Below, piece by piece: positions 1 through 12,445 of a stretch of 64,000 nucleotides of DNA. Origin of the DNA: Auanema rhodensis. Taxonomy: Eukaryota > Animalia > Nematoda. The notes beneath the pieces were generated by a model. It did not search any database and was not told where the DNA came from. It was given only the letters and a program-made list of their open reading frames with translations. Location of the stretch: positions 8,556,001-8,620,000 of the forward strand of contig OZ059899.1 of assembly GCA_964057225.1 (NCBI GenBank). The letters run 5' to 3'. The number at the start of each line of letters is the position of its first letter. Within the stretch, counting starts at the first letter, position 1. Made by a program: the position numbers and the translations under genes.

Positions 1-727
1 AACCACCTCTTCCTCGGTAAGATCCAGGAGGGTTAGAGTTTCTGTTACTGATAAAAAAATCAATTTATTTAAAACTAAATGTAATTACAAATTCCTAGCT
101 TGAGGTGGTGGCACATTCATGCTATACAACTTTCTCGGATGTGCACTATAGTTGTCTGTAATTTCAGAAAATTTTGTAAAATTAAGAATATTTACTGAAC
201 CATAGTTATAAGTGGTTGTGAGTGATGCTGGGGGACCTTGCTCATGATTATGAACCCTAAATAGTAACGTTCAGTAAGCAAAAATAAATAGAAAAGCCCA
301 CATTGAATCATATTCTTGTCTCACCGGATTGGAATCTGAAAATTTTGTTTATATATTTAAAAAAGTTAAACATACGAGAGTAATCATTTAACGACGAAAG
401 TACTTTAGCTGGGGATCGAGAAACAGGCCTATAAGCAGGAGATCGAACGGGAGATTTATCACAACTCTAAATTGTTTATATTTTAATTCTAGGTAAATTG
501 TGGCACAATAACTATTCCACGCCCTCCACGAGAATACTTATCTGAAACAAAAAGATTAATTGAATTGGACAAAGAGAAACATTAAATTTACCCGAGTCTG
601 AACTGTTCAAGATTGGAACAGGGGCATCTCCTAAGTCCACTAAAATTTATATAAAATAAATATTAAGGTTTCATTAAAAAAATCAACCAGTCTTCATTTC
701 AGTCACAACTTCGAGATAAGCAGCCAT
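1..727 (-). CDS. 5' part of a multi-exon gene for an unidentified Ser/Pro-rich protein with RGG-like motifs; continues off the left edge
   Basis: In-frame exons joined over ~45-60 nt GT-AG introns give MAAYLEVVTEMKT-VDLGDAPVPILNSSDS-DKYSRGGRG-SCDKSPVRSPAYRPVSRSPAK...-NRNSNPPGSYRGRGG. The start ATG (725-727) is uncertain because an acceptor lies just upstream at ~754. Confidence 0.6.
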
Positions 728-1813
728 GTAAACATTGGAAAACCTGGAGTACCTGTCTGTATGATTGTTATTAATTTCAGAATATCTGTCATATATCTCT
801 CGAATCTGTAAGCAGAGTATATATTAAGAACCACAACTATGTACAAACTGGGTGTCTCTTCAAAATTAGATGGTTAATAGCATAGAACTTAGTTACAAAG
901 CCAATATGACAAGTAGGACACTCAAACGCATAATGTGCCATTCTCCTTTAAAAAAAAATTATATAGTTCTTCTCAATGTTCCCACAATGAATCATTTTTG
1001 TTGTCATTCATCATATGAAGAGCTATGTGCTCCTGAACGGTGAAGAGAGAAAAGTCTTCAAAAGATCCACTGCATCTAGGATGTCGGCACCGGAAGCGAT
1101 TCTGAATAATGTTAACAGGTTTTACATCAAAGCTGATAACTTACAACGGGAATTGACAACTGCATTTAATGGTGGAACAAAAAAAAAGAACCTGAATTGG
1201 GGCAAGGTTGCTATGAAAAAAAGTTTGGTATTTGGGTTAATTATTGATAAATCGTAGTACAAAAGCCTAATCACTAAAGTACACAGTGAGTGAACGAGTA
1301 TACTATAAACCAATTAAAGATTGAGGTTTGATACATAATTGGTGATGTGACATTAGATATCTGTACTTCACAATTCAGATCTTACCATTTTTCGAACGCG
1401 CATATGGTATTACGAAACTAAAACTTTTTGTAACACGCCTTTTTATATTCTCATTAGACAAATAAGTTACAATCTCAAATTCAAAAGATAAAATCACTGC
1501 TCTTAAATATCAAATTGATCAAGTAATTCCGAATTATTTATTCTACAACCTCAACCTGATTTGAACTTTTTAAATTTGAAATTAATAAATTTCATTCTGC
1601 AAACTTGCGTCGGTTACAAATCACAGTTATTTCAAAAAATACAGAACGTATTGTACAAAATAAGCACAATCTTCAGAAACTTTAACTATCAGTATAAAAC
1701 AAATATATGTTATATCTTCTTAAGCACTTTAGCTTTATTTTGAAAAATATTTAATCTTTTTATCGAGTTAAGAAATTTTATCATATAAGTCAAAGCAACA
1801 AATTAAGGTGAAT

Positions 1814-4291
1814 ATGATAAAACCCGATTCAGTCGAACTTCTGGTTAACAATACTCTTCTAAATCCCTCATTTAATGGATATAAGCTATCTCTCGACGCT
1901 TTGCCTATATTCGATACCAACTTACCTTTTAAAGGTTAGAGGCAAAGTTGTTACCATCCAGTTAGAATAATTTCAGTTGCTGAATTTAAAGCATCGGAGG
2001 AACAATTTTCTCTTCATCATACAAAAATCATTGCTCAATCTTCTGCTTTATTCTTCGATAGTTTTCACTCTACTGATGATCAAGCTATATTTTTTATCGT
2101 GGGACAAGATTATTCTATATATCGTTTCATATTCTCGCAGTCTGTAAGTATTAGTTTATTATTGATCATATAATATTCCATTTGTGCAGAAAAGAACATG
2201 GAATAAAGCTGAGAAAGTTGCTACATTCAGCAGAGATGATTCCAATATGTCTTATCCTCCTTCCCTATATTTCTGTTCTAAGGATTTAGCAATTCTTTCA
2301 ACTGGATCTGGAAAATTGATTTTTTATCATACCGAAACTGATAGAATTCTTTGGAAGGTTTTTTTCTGCTAATGCGAATAAAATCTCTTTCTTTTCAAGG
2401 AAATTAGTTCCTTCGAGGACTCCGGAATTCCATATTTTTTCACTGTTGAGTGTAGATTAAGAGACGAAGAGGTTTGAACCATTATATTATAATACACTTT
2501 AATTTGTCTAATAAAGATCTATGCGCTTCTCCAAGTTGTTGCTCATAAGGACAATATTGCAGAAGAAACTGCATCTACTTATGTCAACAGATATCATTCT
2601 ATAACATTTAGACAAAGCGGTTATTTTCTTATATGTTTTCTAATAATGAATACAAATATTTTCAGACTTATCAGTGAAGGAAAAGCACGAATTTTGGTGT
2701 ACAGGCCCCGTGGAAGTGGCTACATACAGTTCCGACTGTAAGTCTGTTGTGATATTGACTTCTGCCAGACCTATGTGCAAAGGGCAAACCTCGGGATCTA
2801 AAACATCTAACGAATGTAAGTTAATGGTTATTTGTTCTAGTTAAAAATCGATTTTTTAAAACCATTTTTCACAAATTTTGATGTTCAACATAAGGTTGTT
2901 ATTTTATCAGACAGAAACTTTGGAGATGAATCGTCTAAACCATTATATATTTGGACAGAAAAGGATGATGAAGTTAATGTTATTATGAAACTTGAAGAAA
3001 AGGTTACAAAGGAGGATATTAAATTCAATGTAGTTGTTAATTGTAATTGCATTTATTTGCTCTTTTTTTTAGATCACTGATTCATTCTTGAAACTAGAAA
3101 TCTGCAACGATGTATTACTTGAAGGCCCTCTGGGTGGAAGTGTTCGAGCAAGTGAAGCTCTATGGACTTTAGATGCAGAAAATTTGTAATATCTCGTTTG
3201 AAAATTTAAAATAAGAAATAGTATTCAGGTTAGAAATAACGTTAACAAAATTAGTTAGCACATCAATGTGGAATTGTTTTATTGCCGGTGATACTAGAGG
3301 AAAATTTGAACTTGATCCGGAATTACTTTCGACTGCCCAAGATTTACTTCAGAAGTTTACTAGTGATTCAGCTGTACCGTTTTATCTATTCATCTGAGCA
3401 TATTCTATTCATTCAGGCTTTGGGGAATTCAGGAGCAAGCTCTAATTTCAATAGCGATCAACTTGAGGAGTGTGATATGTCTGATGAGCAATTTCTCTCA
3501 ATATATTGGTATACTTTGAGAGAAGAGCGTGTTACCAAACAGGTTTTCGTTTTTAGTAGATTCCCTTTCAAACTTCTCTTTTCATTCAGTGTGATGTCAC
3601 CGGCAATCAATTTTTATTCTCTTCCCAACCATTCTGCAATGAAGCAACACGGTTATGTCTCCGTTATGATGTAGATGGAATTTTGATTTCTGGTGATGGA
3701 CCACAGTTAGATCATGTCGCTACGTTTAATGCGTTAGGTTATGTGCAGGTAATTTTTTAAAGATTATCTTTGTATATGTTTATTATGGATAATTTTTACT
3801 ATCTTTCTTATCTAAATGACATGCTATTCCTGTTTTATTGTCAACGAAAATGATTGCCATTGAAAGTTCAATGTCATTGGTTATCGGCGCAATGATAGTA
3901 TTGCTTTTATTCACTTACTCTTATGGGTGTGGACTATTTCAGGCCTCAAAATCACTTCGTCGATGGACGGATTGTTCACCAGATCACTCATATGCAGTGA
4001 TCGCTGAAGGAAAAAATCATCTTTTCCTCTATTGGCAAATGGATAAAATAAATTCAGGTTCTTTTGGTTATTTATTCTGGATATTTTGTTGTTTTAGATC
4101 TTCGTAATAGAAAAACTCTGCAAAAGGTAAGTTCTGTGGCAAAGCAGCAGGTTATCTCGCTTAGAAATCGGCATGACCCTTCGTTATTGGATACTTCGGT
4201 AGTAGATTATACCATACTAGCTATTCGTCCCCTAAATAATGTATTAGTGTTCTTGACTGGTGATCGTTTGTATTCTGTTTTTTTACAATAA
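1814..4291 (+). CDS. NUDCD1: NudC domain-containing protein 1 (NUDCD1/CML66 homolog), multi-exon
   Basis: N-terminal LLNPSFNGYKLSLDALP, CS/p23-like segment (PLYIWTEKDDEV), FNSDQLEECD, HVATFNALGYVQASK and KVSSVAKQQVISL motifs all match NUDCD1. Confidence 0.9.
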
Positions 4292-4436
4292 CGCATGCTT
4301 TGTTATTTTTTGTCGTAATAAATGCGGGTTTATGCTGTTTCATTTCAACACCCATTATGGTTCTTAACTCCTTCATATCATTCCATTTTATCTAATAATC
4401 TTGTATTGATATAAATTATTGACTCTTATTTGAAGG

Positions 4437-6205
4437 ATGGCCTCATTCGTTCCTGTCCCTGCTGGTTCTGATTTTCCTTTGGAGAATTGTCCATACGGTA
4501 TTTTTTCTACTGAGAGTAATGTGAGTTAATGCTCTGAGCTCATTAAACGGTTTACTATAATTTACAGAAGAAACGTAGAATTGGTGTAGCTATTGGGGAA
4601 CATATTCTTGATCTCTCTGCCATTCTTAATCTATTCGATGGACCTACCATTAAGAGCAGTCTTCATGTTCTCAAGGAGGTTAAAGATATCAATTGGGTAT
4701 TTTAAACTCACACAAATTTTAGGAAACTTTAAACGCTTTCATGGGGTTACCTCGAGCTGCCTGGCTTGAAGTGCGTAAGACTGTTCAACAACTTTTGTCA
4801 GCTGATTGTCCAACTCTTCGTGATAACAACGAGCTCCGTTCAGTTGCTCTAGTACTTCAAAAAGATGCTACTCTCTATCTTCCTGCGTCGATCGGTAATT
4901 TATTTTAAATTTCTTATTCAATTTATTGGTATCCAGGAGATTATACTGACTTTTATTCCTCCATCTATCATGCCACTAATGTCGGTATTATGTTCAGAGG
5001 AAAAGACAATGCTCTTATGCCAAACTGGTGAGTAGTTCACAAAAAACTGAATGACAATCTTATTTAAAGGAAATGGATTCCTGTTGGATACCACGGACGT
5101 GCTTCCTCTGTTGTTGTATCTGGAACACCTATTCGTAGACCATGTGGACAACGAAAGCCAGAGGGGGGTAAGCGAACTTCCATATAACACTTTTTATTTT
5201 ATATTCAATAGAAACTCAACCGTCCTATGGGGCCTGTAGACTTCTCGATTTCGAACTTGAAATGGCTTTCTTTGTTGGTGGACCTCCAACTAAACTTGGA
5301 GAGCGTATTCCTATTGAGAAAACCGAAGAGCACATTTTTGGAATGGTTCTTATGAACGATTGGAGCGGTAAGGGTTTTAAAATATTTAATTTTATTAATG
5401 CTTTTTTCAGCTAGAGATATTCAAAGCTGGGAATATGTTCCACTTGGTCCCTTCTTAGGAAAATCGTTTGGAACAACCATTTCCCCATGGGTTGTGAGTA
5501 TGGAAGCTCTAAGACCTTTCATGATTGAAAATCCAGCTCAAGTCAGAAGGAGCTAAAAAATTTTTTTACAAGGGTTTTATTCTAGGATCCAGCTCCTCTT
5601 GATTATCTCAAACACAGTGATCCTTACACTCTTGATATTAACCTTGGTGTTACTATTAAACCTGAAGGTGGAAAAGATGAAGCTGTATGCACAACAAGTT
5701 TCAAGGTTCAGAAGACAAAATTTTATGAGAATTATACTGAAGTTTAAGCATCTTTATTGGACATTAAAGCAGCAACTAACTCATCATACAGTAAACGGAT
5801 GCAATGTCAATCCTGGAGATTTGATGGGCTCTGGAACAGTATCAGGACCTGTATATATATTTATTTATAATAATTGTTGACGTATACTCTGGTTTTAGGA
5901 GGAAGGGGCATACGGTTCTATGCTTGAACTCTCCTGGAAAGGATCGAAAACTATCCCAGTTGGAGACCAGACCCGCAAATTTATTCAAGATGGCGACGAG
6001 GTGAAATAGTTTTTTTTTTCATTTTTTTCTTACTCCTTTGTTTTGAATAAGTAACATAGTAATATCTATTTTTTAAAGTTTTAACAAAATCAGCATTTAT
6101 AAATATCATCAACAATTATAGGTCAACATTGTCGGGTTCTGTGAGAAAAATGGAATTCGTATCGGATTTGGTCAGTGCCGCGGACAAGTGTTGCCTGCTG
6201 TCTAA
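4437..6205 (+). CDS. fah-1: Fumarylacetoacetase, 11 exons
   Basis: Motifs [105 protein letters not shown] and [15 protein letters not shown]. Confidence 0.97.
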
Positions 6206-6480
6206 ATTATTGTACGTAGTGCTTCAGTTGAAAATGGGATTCTATTCATTTTTATGCCTGAATGTTTTATGAATTTATAATTGTTTAATTTTATATGTGA
6301 TTTTTACTTTATACATTCCTATTCCTAACACTAACGACTTATTTTGTGATACTGCACTCACTTAAAGAATGAATTAGAATATAAATTTTTTGATATTTTA
6401 AGCATGAAGAGTTTGCTTTCCGCCTTCTATATATTTGAACTAATTTTAAAAAATTCAAAAACCTTGAAGTCATTCTGCAG

Positions 6481-7821
6481 ATGACCACCACGGGTATTGA
6501 AGCCCCCGGAATATCCTTCCAGTATGCTGATTTGAATATTCGACATACTGGAGATCCAAATGTTACACTTAATTTGGTTAAAAGAGCAGTACGTATGGGA
6601 TATGATGCTGTAGCAATCAATATCGATGTAGGAGATATTGTACCTTCAGAGTTTTTGGTATATATTGTAATATATGCATATATATATTATTGTCATAATT
6701 TTAGGAAGACGGGGGTTATGTTCATCAGGATGAAGATGAACAAGCGGGAACTCCAGCTCCACCTTCAAAGAAAAGAAAAAAAGACCAAAAAAAAGTTTCA
6801 TTTGATCTAATAATTGTACGATAGAGATTTTTAATTAAGCTAAGAGAACAAACTATTCCTGAGCCGTTCTTAATTGATGAAAGCTTGCTTGATCTATCTT
6901 CATTAGCTAATAATGGTCGAAAGTTTAGGATGTACAGGTACGACAGCTTTAACTTCAGTACTATAATGAATATTTTTTATAGTCGACTAACGTTCACTTT
7001 GAATGATGCTTCAGTTATTCATAATGTTTTTCATAATCCACAATTAAAAAAATATGATATTATTGCCGTACGTCCTGGTGATGAATCTATTCTCAATACG
7101 CTTACTCGGAAAACTGATAACGTAGACATTATTTGTTTCGATTCACTTGCCCCTAAGGTAAATATTTTCATGATTATTTTTCAATTGGATTTATTTAACA
7201 GGTCAGCTGGGCTATGAAAGGAAAATCCATGGAAATGATTCGTGCTGAAGGAGTGGGCTTTGAAGTGAGTTATGGGCCTGCTTTAGCTGACAAAGAAGCC
7301 AGAAGAACGGTAAATAAGTTATTTTTTGTCCCATTTTGTAATTTCTGTGCAGGTGTTATCAAATGGCCGTATTGTAATTCGAGCTTTAAAATTCAAAGGA
7401 ATTGTATTCACAAGCGCTGCAAACGAAATATGTGATCTACGAGCTCCAGTAGATGCTATGAATATGTTGTACCTTTGGGGAGTCGATGCAGAGAAAGCTC
7501 GAACAATGATTAGTGGTTAGACTGTCTTTTATTTCGAATTTGTACGTTTGATATTACGCAGGGTATCCGCGACAAGTGTTACTTAGGGCCGAAGCTCGAC
7601 GAACTGTCAGAGGAAGTTTACATGTAGCTCGAATCAAAAGTGATGAAGGTTCTAAAGTCGATATTCCTACTAAAACAAAGTCAAAGTCCGAAGCCCTACG
7701 CAAATTACTCACTATACCGTTTTTCAATGCTCAGGTAAGTAGAGTAAGCTCATATAATATGCTGCTTCTGCTATCTGTTTAGGTAGAAGTAGTACAACGA
7801 GAAGAAGACGGGTCAACGTAA
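6481..7821 (+). CDS. RPP30: RNase P/MRP protein subunit p30 (PHP fold)
   Basis: Motifs YADLNI...RAVRMGYDAVAIN, YSRLT, YDIIAVRP, VDIICFD, GVGFEVSYGPAL, GIVFTSAA..DLRAPVDAMN and AEARRT. Confidence 0.88.
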
Positions 7822-7971
7822 AAAAGTTGTTGATTTTTAATATTTGGTTATTATTGTTATGTTGTTAAAATTCTGCTAATGAATCATTTAATACTAGTTA
7901 GGATGTTAGGTTATATCCAAGGTTATTTGCAACTATTTTAAGTTTATGACATTATTTGTTTTTCTTGAAGG

Positions 7972-9681
7972 ATGAGATCCTTAAGTAACTTGGCTAGAAA
8001 AATAATTTGGAAAATTCGACGTAAACTTGACCTTCCTAAACAGACAATTTCACCTATCCAATGGAAATCTCCCATTGATGTTAAAGGTCCGAGCTTAACT
8101 TTCGTCAAAAATATACCAGAAGAGCAACAAGAAAAACTTCGTTATCTACAACGTGAAACTAAGGTAAATATATAAGCAAACTTGATATCATTATAATCAC
8201 TACTTAGTGTAATCGCTGTTTCTAGCTTTTCTCACAACTAACCAGATTCTTTCCAAACAAAATCACTGACTCCGATTGGAATACGTTGTTGAAATGCGCT
8301 ACTAGGAAGGAACGGCTCGATCATTTAATTTTTTTACGCAAACGGGAACAGCTTCGCGAAAATGAAAAAGAGAAACAATTAGTAGAGAAAACAAAGCGAG
8401 CTGCTCTGAAAGTGGAAATCGCTTCGGAGAATTGGCTTTTTAATTTCAACATGGGAAGAATAGGTGAGAGAATAAGTTGAAATAACATATTTTTTGTTAG
8501 AATCTTTTGAACGGCAAATTGAATGGAGCAGAGTTGCAAGATCCTACCAGCTAGATGGGCCAAAGATAGCCGTAGACTGCAGGTTTTTGTCCATGCTCTC
8601 TCCTCGAGGTGCAGATTTAACAGGAATTCAGTTACAGCATTTAGTTTCCCATAATAAACAGAAAAGGTTTAGCATCAATACGAAAAGTTAGTAATTAAAG
8701 TTATAGACAACCATGGCCATTGTATTTTGTCAATTTCGATACTTCACTGGACAAAGTAGCCGAGCTTCAGAAAAAGTAAACCTTTTTAAGTAATCGGAAC
8801 TCATGCGAAGAAATATTCTATTATTATTCTATGTCAACTGGTCACGCTAGTCTACATCTTTGAAATGAAGAAAATTACATGTTGTTATTTCATTGTATGT
8901 ACATATGCTAATTTAGGCATCTCTCCGTTTGTACATCAAACTATAGTTCTGGCCCTATCGTAACCAGAGAAAATTATGTTTCATTAGGGGCTAAATCAAA
9001 AATTATTTATTTGAGTCCACATGCAGAAGAAGATATATCGGAAATAGAAGAAGACGGGGTATGAAACATCATAATCCTAATTCAAACAGTGCCTTTTTCT
9101 TCTTATTGTTTGATAATTCCAGATCTATGTGATTGGTGGAATTGTTGATCGCGTTCCCGAAAAGGGTATTCATCCACACGCATCGAAAGTAACAGCAGAA
9201 GAGGATGGTGTTCGTTGTCTTAGATTGCCGCTAGAAAAATTTGTGAAGTAGGGCAATTACCTAGCATTATGATATAAATATCCCTCTTTAGGTGGGAATC
9301 TGGCCATAAGTTCCTCACTTTATTGGCTGTTATGAATATAATTCAAGATGCATATCGTTGCAATAATGATTGGGCTTATGCTTGCCAGAGGTATGTTCTG
9401 TACTTCGTTTATTGTACTTTTCTCTTTGTTTGAAAAGGTAGCAACATGACAAATATAGATTTATGTTTTCTGGTTTGATTTCCCGTAGATTGCTTTAGAA
9501 TTTCTTCGCAATATATTCCATTTTATGTATAAGACAATATTTCTTTAGACATATCCCTATCCGTAATATAAGGCCACCTGAAGAGAAGAACCAGCTGATG
9601 AGGACTAAGCATGAACAAATTCGTGAATTTAATCGACAAATTCTACAAATTGTAGATACGAGAATAGGTTCAAAATTTTAG
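7972..9681 (+). CDS. Trm10-family tRNA m1R9 methyltransferase, probably TRMT10C/MRPP1 type (mitochondrial RNase P protein 1)
   Basis: Basic N-terminus resembling a mitochondrial presequence (MRSLSNLARKIIWKIRRK). SPOUT motifs IAVDCRF, QPWPLYF, IIYLSPHA, IYVIGGIVDR, RLPLEKFVKW and KFLTLLAVMNII. Confidence 0.8.
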
Positions 9682-12445
9682 ATTGTTTTAATTTTATTAA
9701 TTTTGTTTTTGTTACTTGAAATAAATTATGAGGTTTCTTCTATTTCTTTGTATAGTTTAGTTAGTTTTTTAAAAACAATAAGTAATAATGCTTATTTAAG
9801 CTACTTCAAATTTTAAAAGTGATTATGAAAACTTTTAAAAACCTTTATTTTTCTCAAGTTGCTCTAGAATGCTTTAGAGATAGGGGGAAATCCATCTTGG
9901 AAATGGCGTTCATTTGTTATGCATATTCTCAAGGGTCTAGCTATAGATTCTTCGCACATGTTACTTTCTTAAAAGATCTAAACAATTCTGGATCGTTTAG
10001 CTAGTTTCTTACTTCACAGAATGAAATAGTACTTCCTTAATGCATTCATTCCTTTGCGTGCAGCATGTATTCATTTTGTCCTCTCCCTCAGTCTCAATCC
10101 GTTCTCTTTATCCTCTTACTCAACCACATTATGTTCAATTCTCTGGTTTTGAACATGTTGTCCTTTTTACTGAAGTTGGTTTAATCATTTATGGACTGTC
10201 TATAAGTCTTCGTCATTATGTTTGCAATGATTTAGCTTCATTTTCATTTACCAGCCCAGTCAGTTTTGCTCAATTTCGCGGAGAAAAAGAAATAACATAT
10301 GAAAACATGGTCAAAGATTGACCAAATTCATGTTTTATTATAATCTGAATGCTTGGTCTGAACTTGAAGTTCTTTTAACGCGAATGGCACTGTTCTAACT
10401 CCGATTTGCTCTTTTAGTGCGTATGTAAGCCGGGTGATAAGCTCATTTCTATTTGTGGACTGGAGCCCCTGCGTTTATTTTGTGTATTTATCGGATCAGC
10501 TCATTCCTGTACCATGTCGCTAATTCTCTCTTTGCTGCTTACCCGACTGTTGCTGTTGTCCACTTTGCGTCTCTGAATTCTGGTCTTGAGCATGACTCCG
10601 CCAGTGTGGTCATCTTGCCTAATAGTCTTCCATGTGCGGTTTCTTTTCTTCTCCACTGCTATTACCTAACCTCATTATGCTGTAAGAAAAGTCTTTTTCA
10701 TAAGTACTATGTTCTCCTATGAAGACTCTTATTCGTTTATCTACAATAGATCTATCCATATACATGCTTATTATATATCTGACTTGTCTTCTAATAGTCT
10801 TCTGTTTTCGGATTCTGGTCATTATATGTGAAGATGTGATAATATCTTGCTGACCTCCTTCTAGATCTCTTCTTGCATATGACGACTCCCTAAATATAAG
10901 TGAAACCTATGTACATCAATCTCAGGCTTACCTCTTAAGTCGACTTTTATCAAGAACCAACTCTATATTTTAGAAGAGTCTTGGATTTCGTGATCATCTA
11001 AACATATTTTATTCCTCTAGGAGGATCGCATCCGGTTCAATCTAGTCTATCTACGTGTTCATTGTTTGCCTACTATACTACATTGCTTTTATACCGGAGT
11101 TCTTTTGTTTTCCGTTCAGCTAAAACATCAAAACGCGTGAATGTTCTTCGCCGTCTGCTTTGTTTTGAGTTCTTACAAGTCTTTTACTAAAAGAAATCAA
11201 TTTCAATTGAATATTTGTGATTTATACACACATGCACCTCTAGTTTGCTGTTGCTTTCCCAGTTTTGAACTTTGTAACCAAACGCTGCCTGCAATGGGCC
11301 AACAAGCATTGTTTTTAATTTCGTGGTTGTTAAATTTTGCGAAATCTGGTTATTCTTTTTTCCTTAGATAGTATTTGTTTTTCTTGGTTAGAGCTACCTG
11401 TTATATGGGTAGGCAATAGTCTGCCTTAGCAAACATTCTCCAATTACCCTAATTGTCCTCCCCAACCAAGAAAGTCCTTCTTATTCCCTGTCATCCTCTG
11501 TCTATTGATTCATTTGCTAGATGACTTTTGATCAATCTTAGCTAAAATCCGTGAGCTCTATTCAATCGATCCGTATTTTTTAATAGAACAAATTATTAAC
11601 TTGAGTTTTCTTATATATATATATATATATTTTACTTAAAATTGTTTTTTTAATTTTTTTTGAACCAGCTGCTGTTCTTAGTCAAAATTCTTTTACATCT
11701 GGCGGCTTGTCCAAAATTCTGTTTGACATCTGTTGGTCGATAGTATCTAACTAGGCTATTGTAGTTACCAATCTTCCGCTACTAGGAGCGAAGGTCTTCC
11801 AATATATTAAAAGATTTTTTAAAGCAAGTCTGTAATATTTCAATCATTCAAAACATTTTTTTTATCATGCTGTTAGTTGGATTCTAAAATAGGCCGTTTT
11901 GGCAAAATAAACACGAGGATCGAAAAGTTGGCTGGTTCTAGACTTCTTTATTGATTTTATGGAGGCTTAATTCGTTGATATATTGCTTAATCATTTGTCC
12001 ATATAAATTGAAATTGTCTTGAATCAGAAATGATGTTACCAGTTTATTTTCTTTGACATTTTTGTTTTCTTATGATTTGTATCAGCTATGAAGTTTTGAC
12101 TCAACTTCATCATTCTTTTCTCGTGGTTGAATCAACCCTTTTATGTACAATAAGTGTGTGAATGTGATCATTTGTACAATGTGGTTAGCAAGTGCCTTCG
12201 ACCGAACCTTATTGATTATGTTATAATATGTTACTTTCGTTTTTATACTTTGCAATATTCTGCTAGTTTACTTCTTCATAAAATTAGTATCCAACTTTAG
12301 ATCGAACGAAAGGGTGGTGTTTTCCGGTTCCAGCTCTTCCTTAGGTTTTCCAAGGAGCGTAGCCTCATTTTCTGGAGTTAGGAACAGTACCGTTCTTTAA
12401 TCAGTCGAGGAACATAGAGCCGGTTCAATTATCCCACGGACAAGC

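Noticed and set aside
9819-11371. ORFs of 60-93 aa in the intergenic region, and similar ORFs at 21773-24046, 43350-45857 and 59380-60542
   Set aside because: They have low-complexity F/L/I/S-rich composition typical of AT-rich non-coding DNA, non-ATG starts in many cases, and no consistent splice pattern.
11411-11426. AGGCA-N6-TGCCT palindrome as a DNA-elimination break motif
   Set aside because: It is a single short palindrome with no telomeric repeats or second copy, so chance is sufficient.
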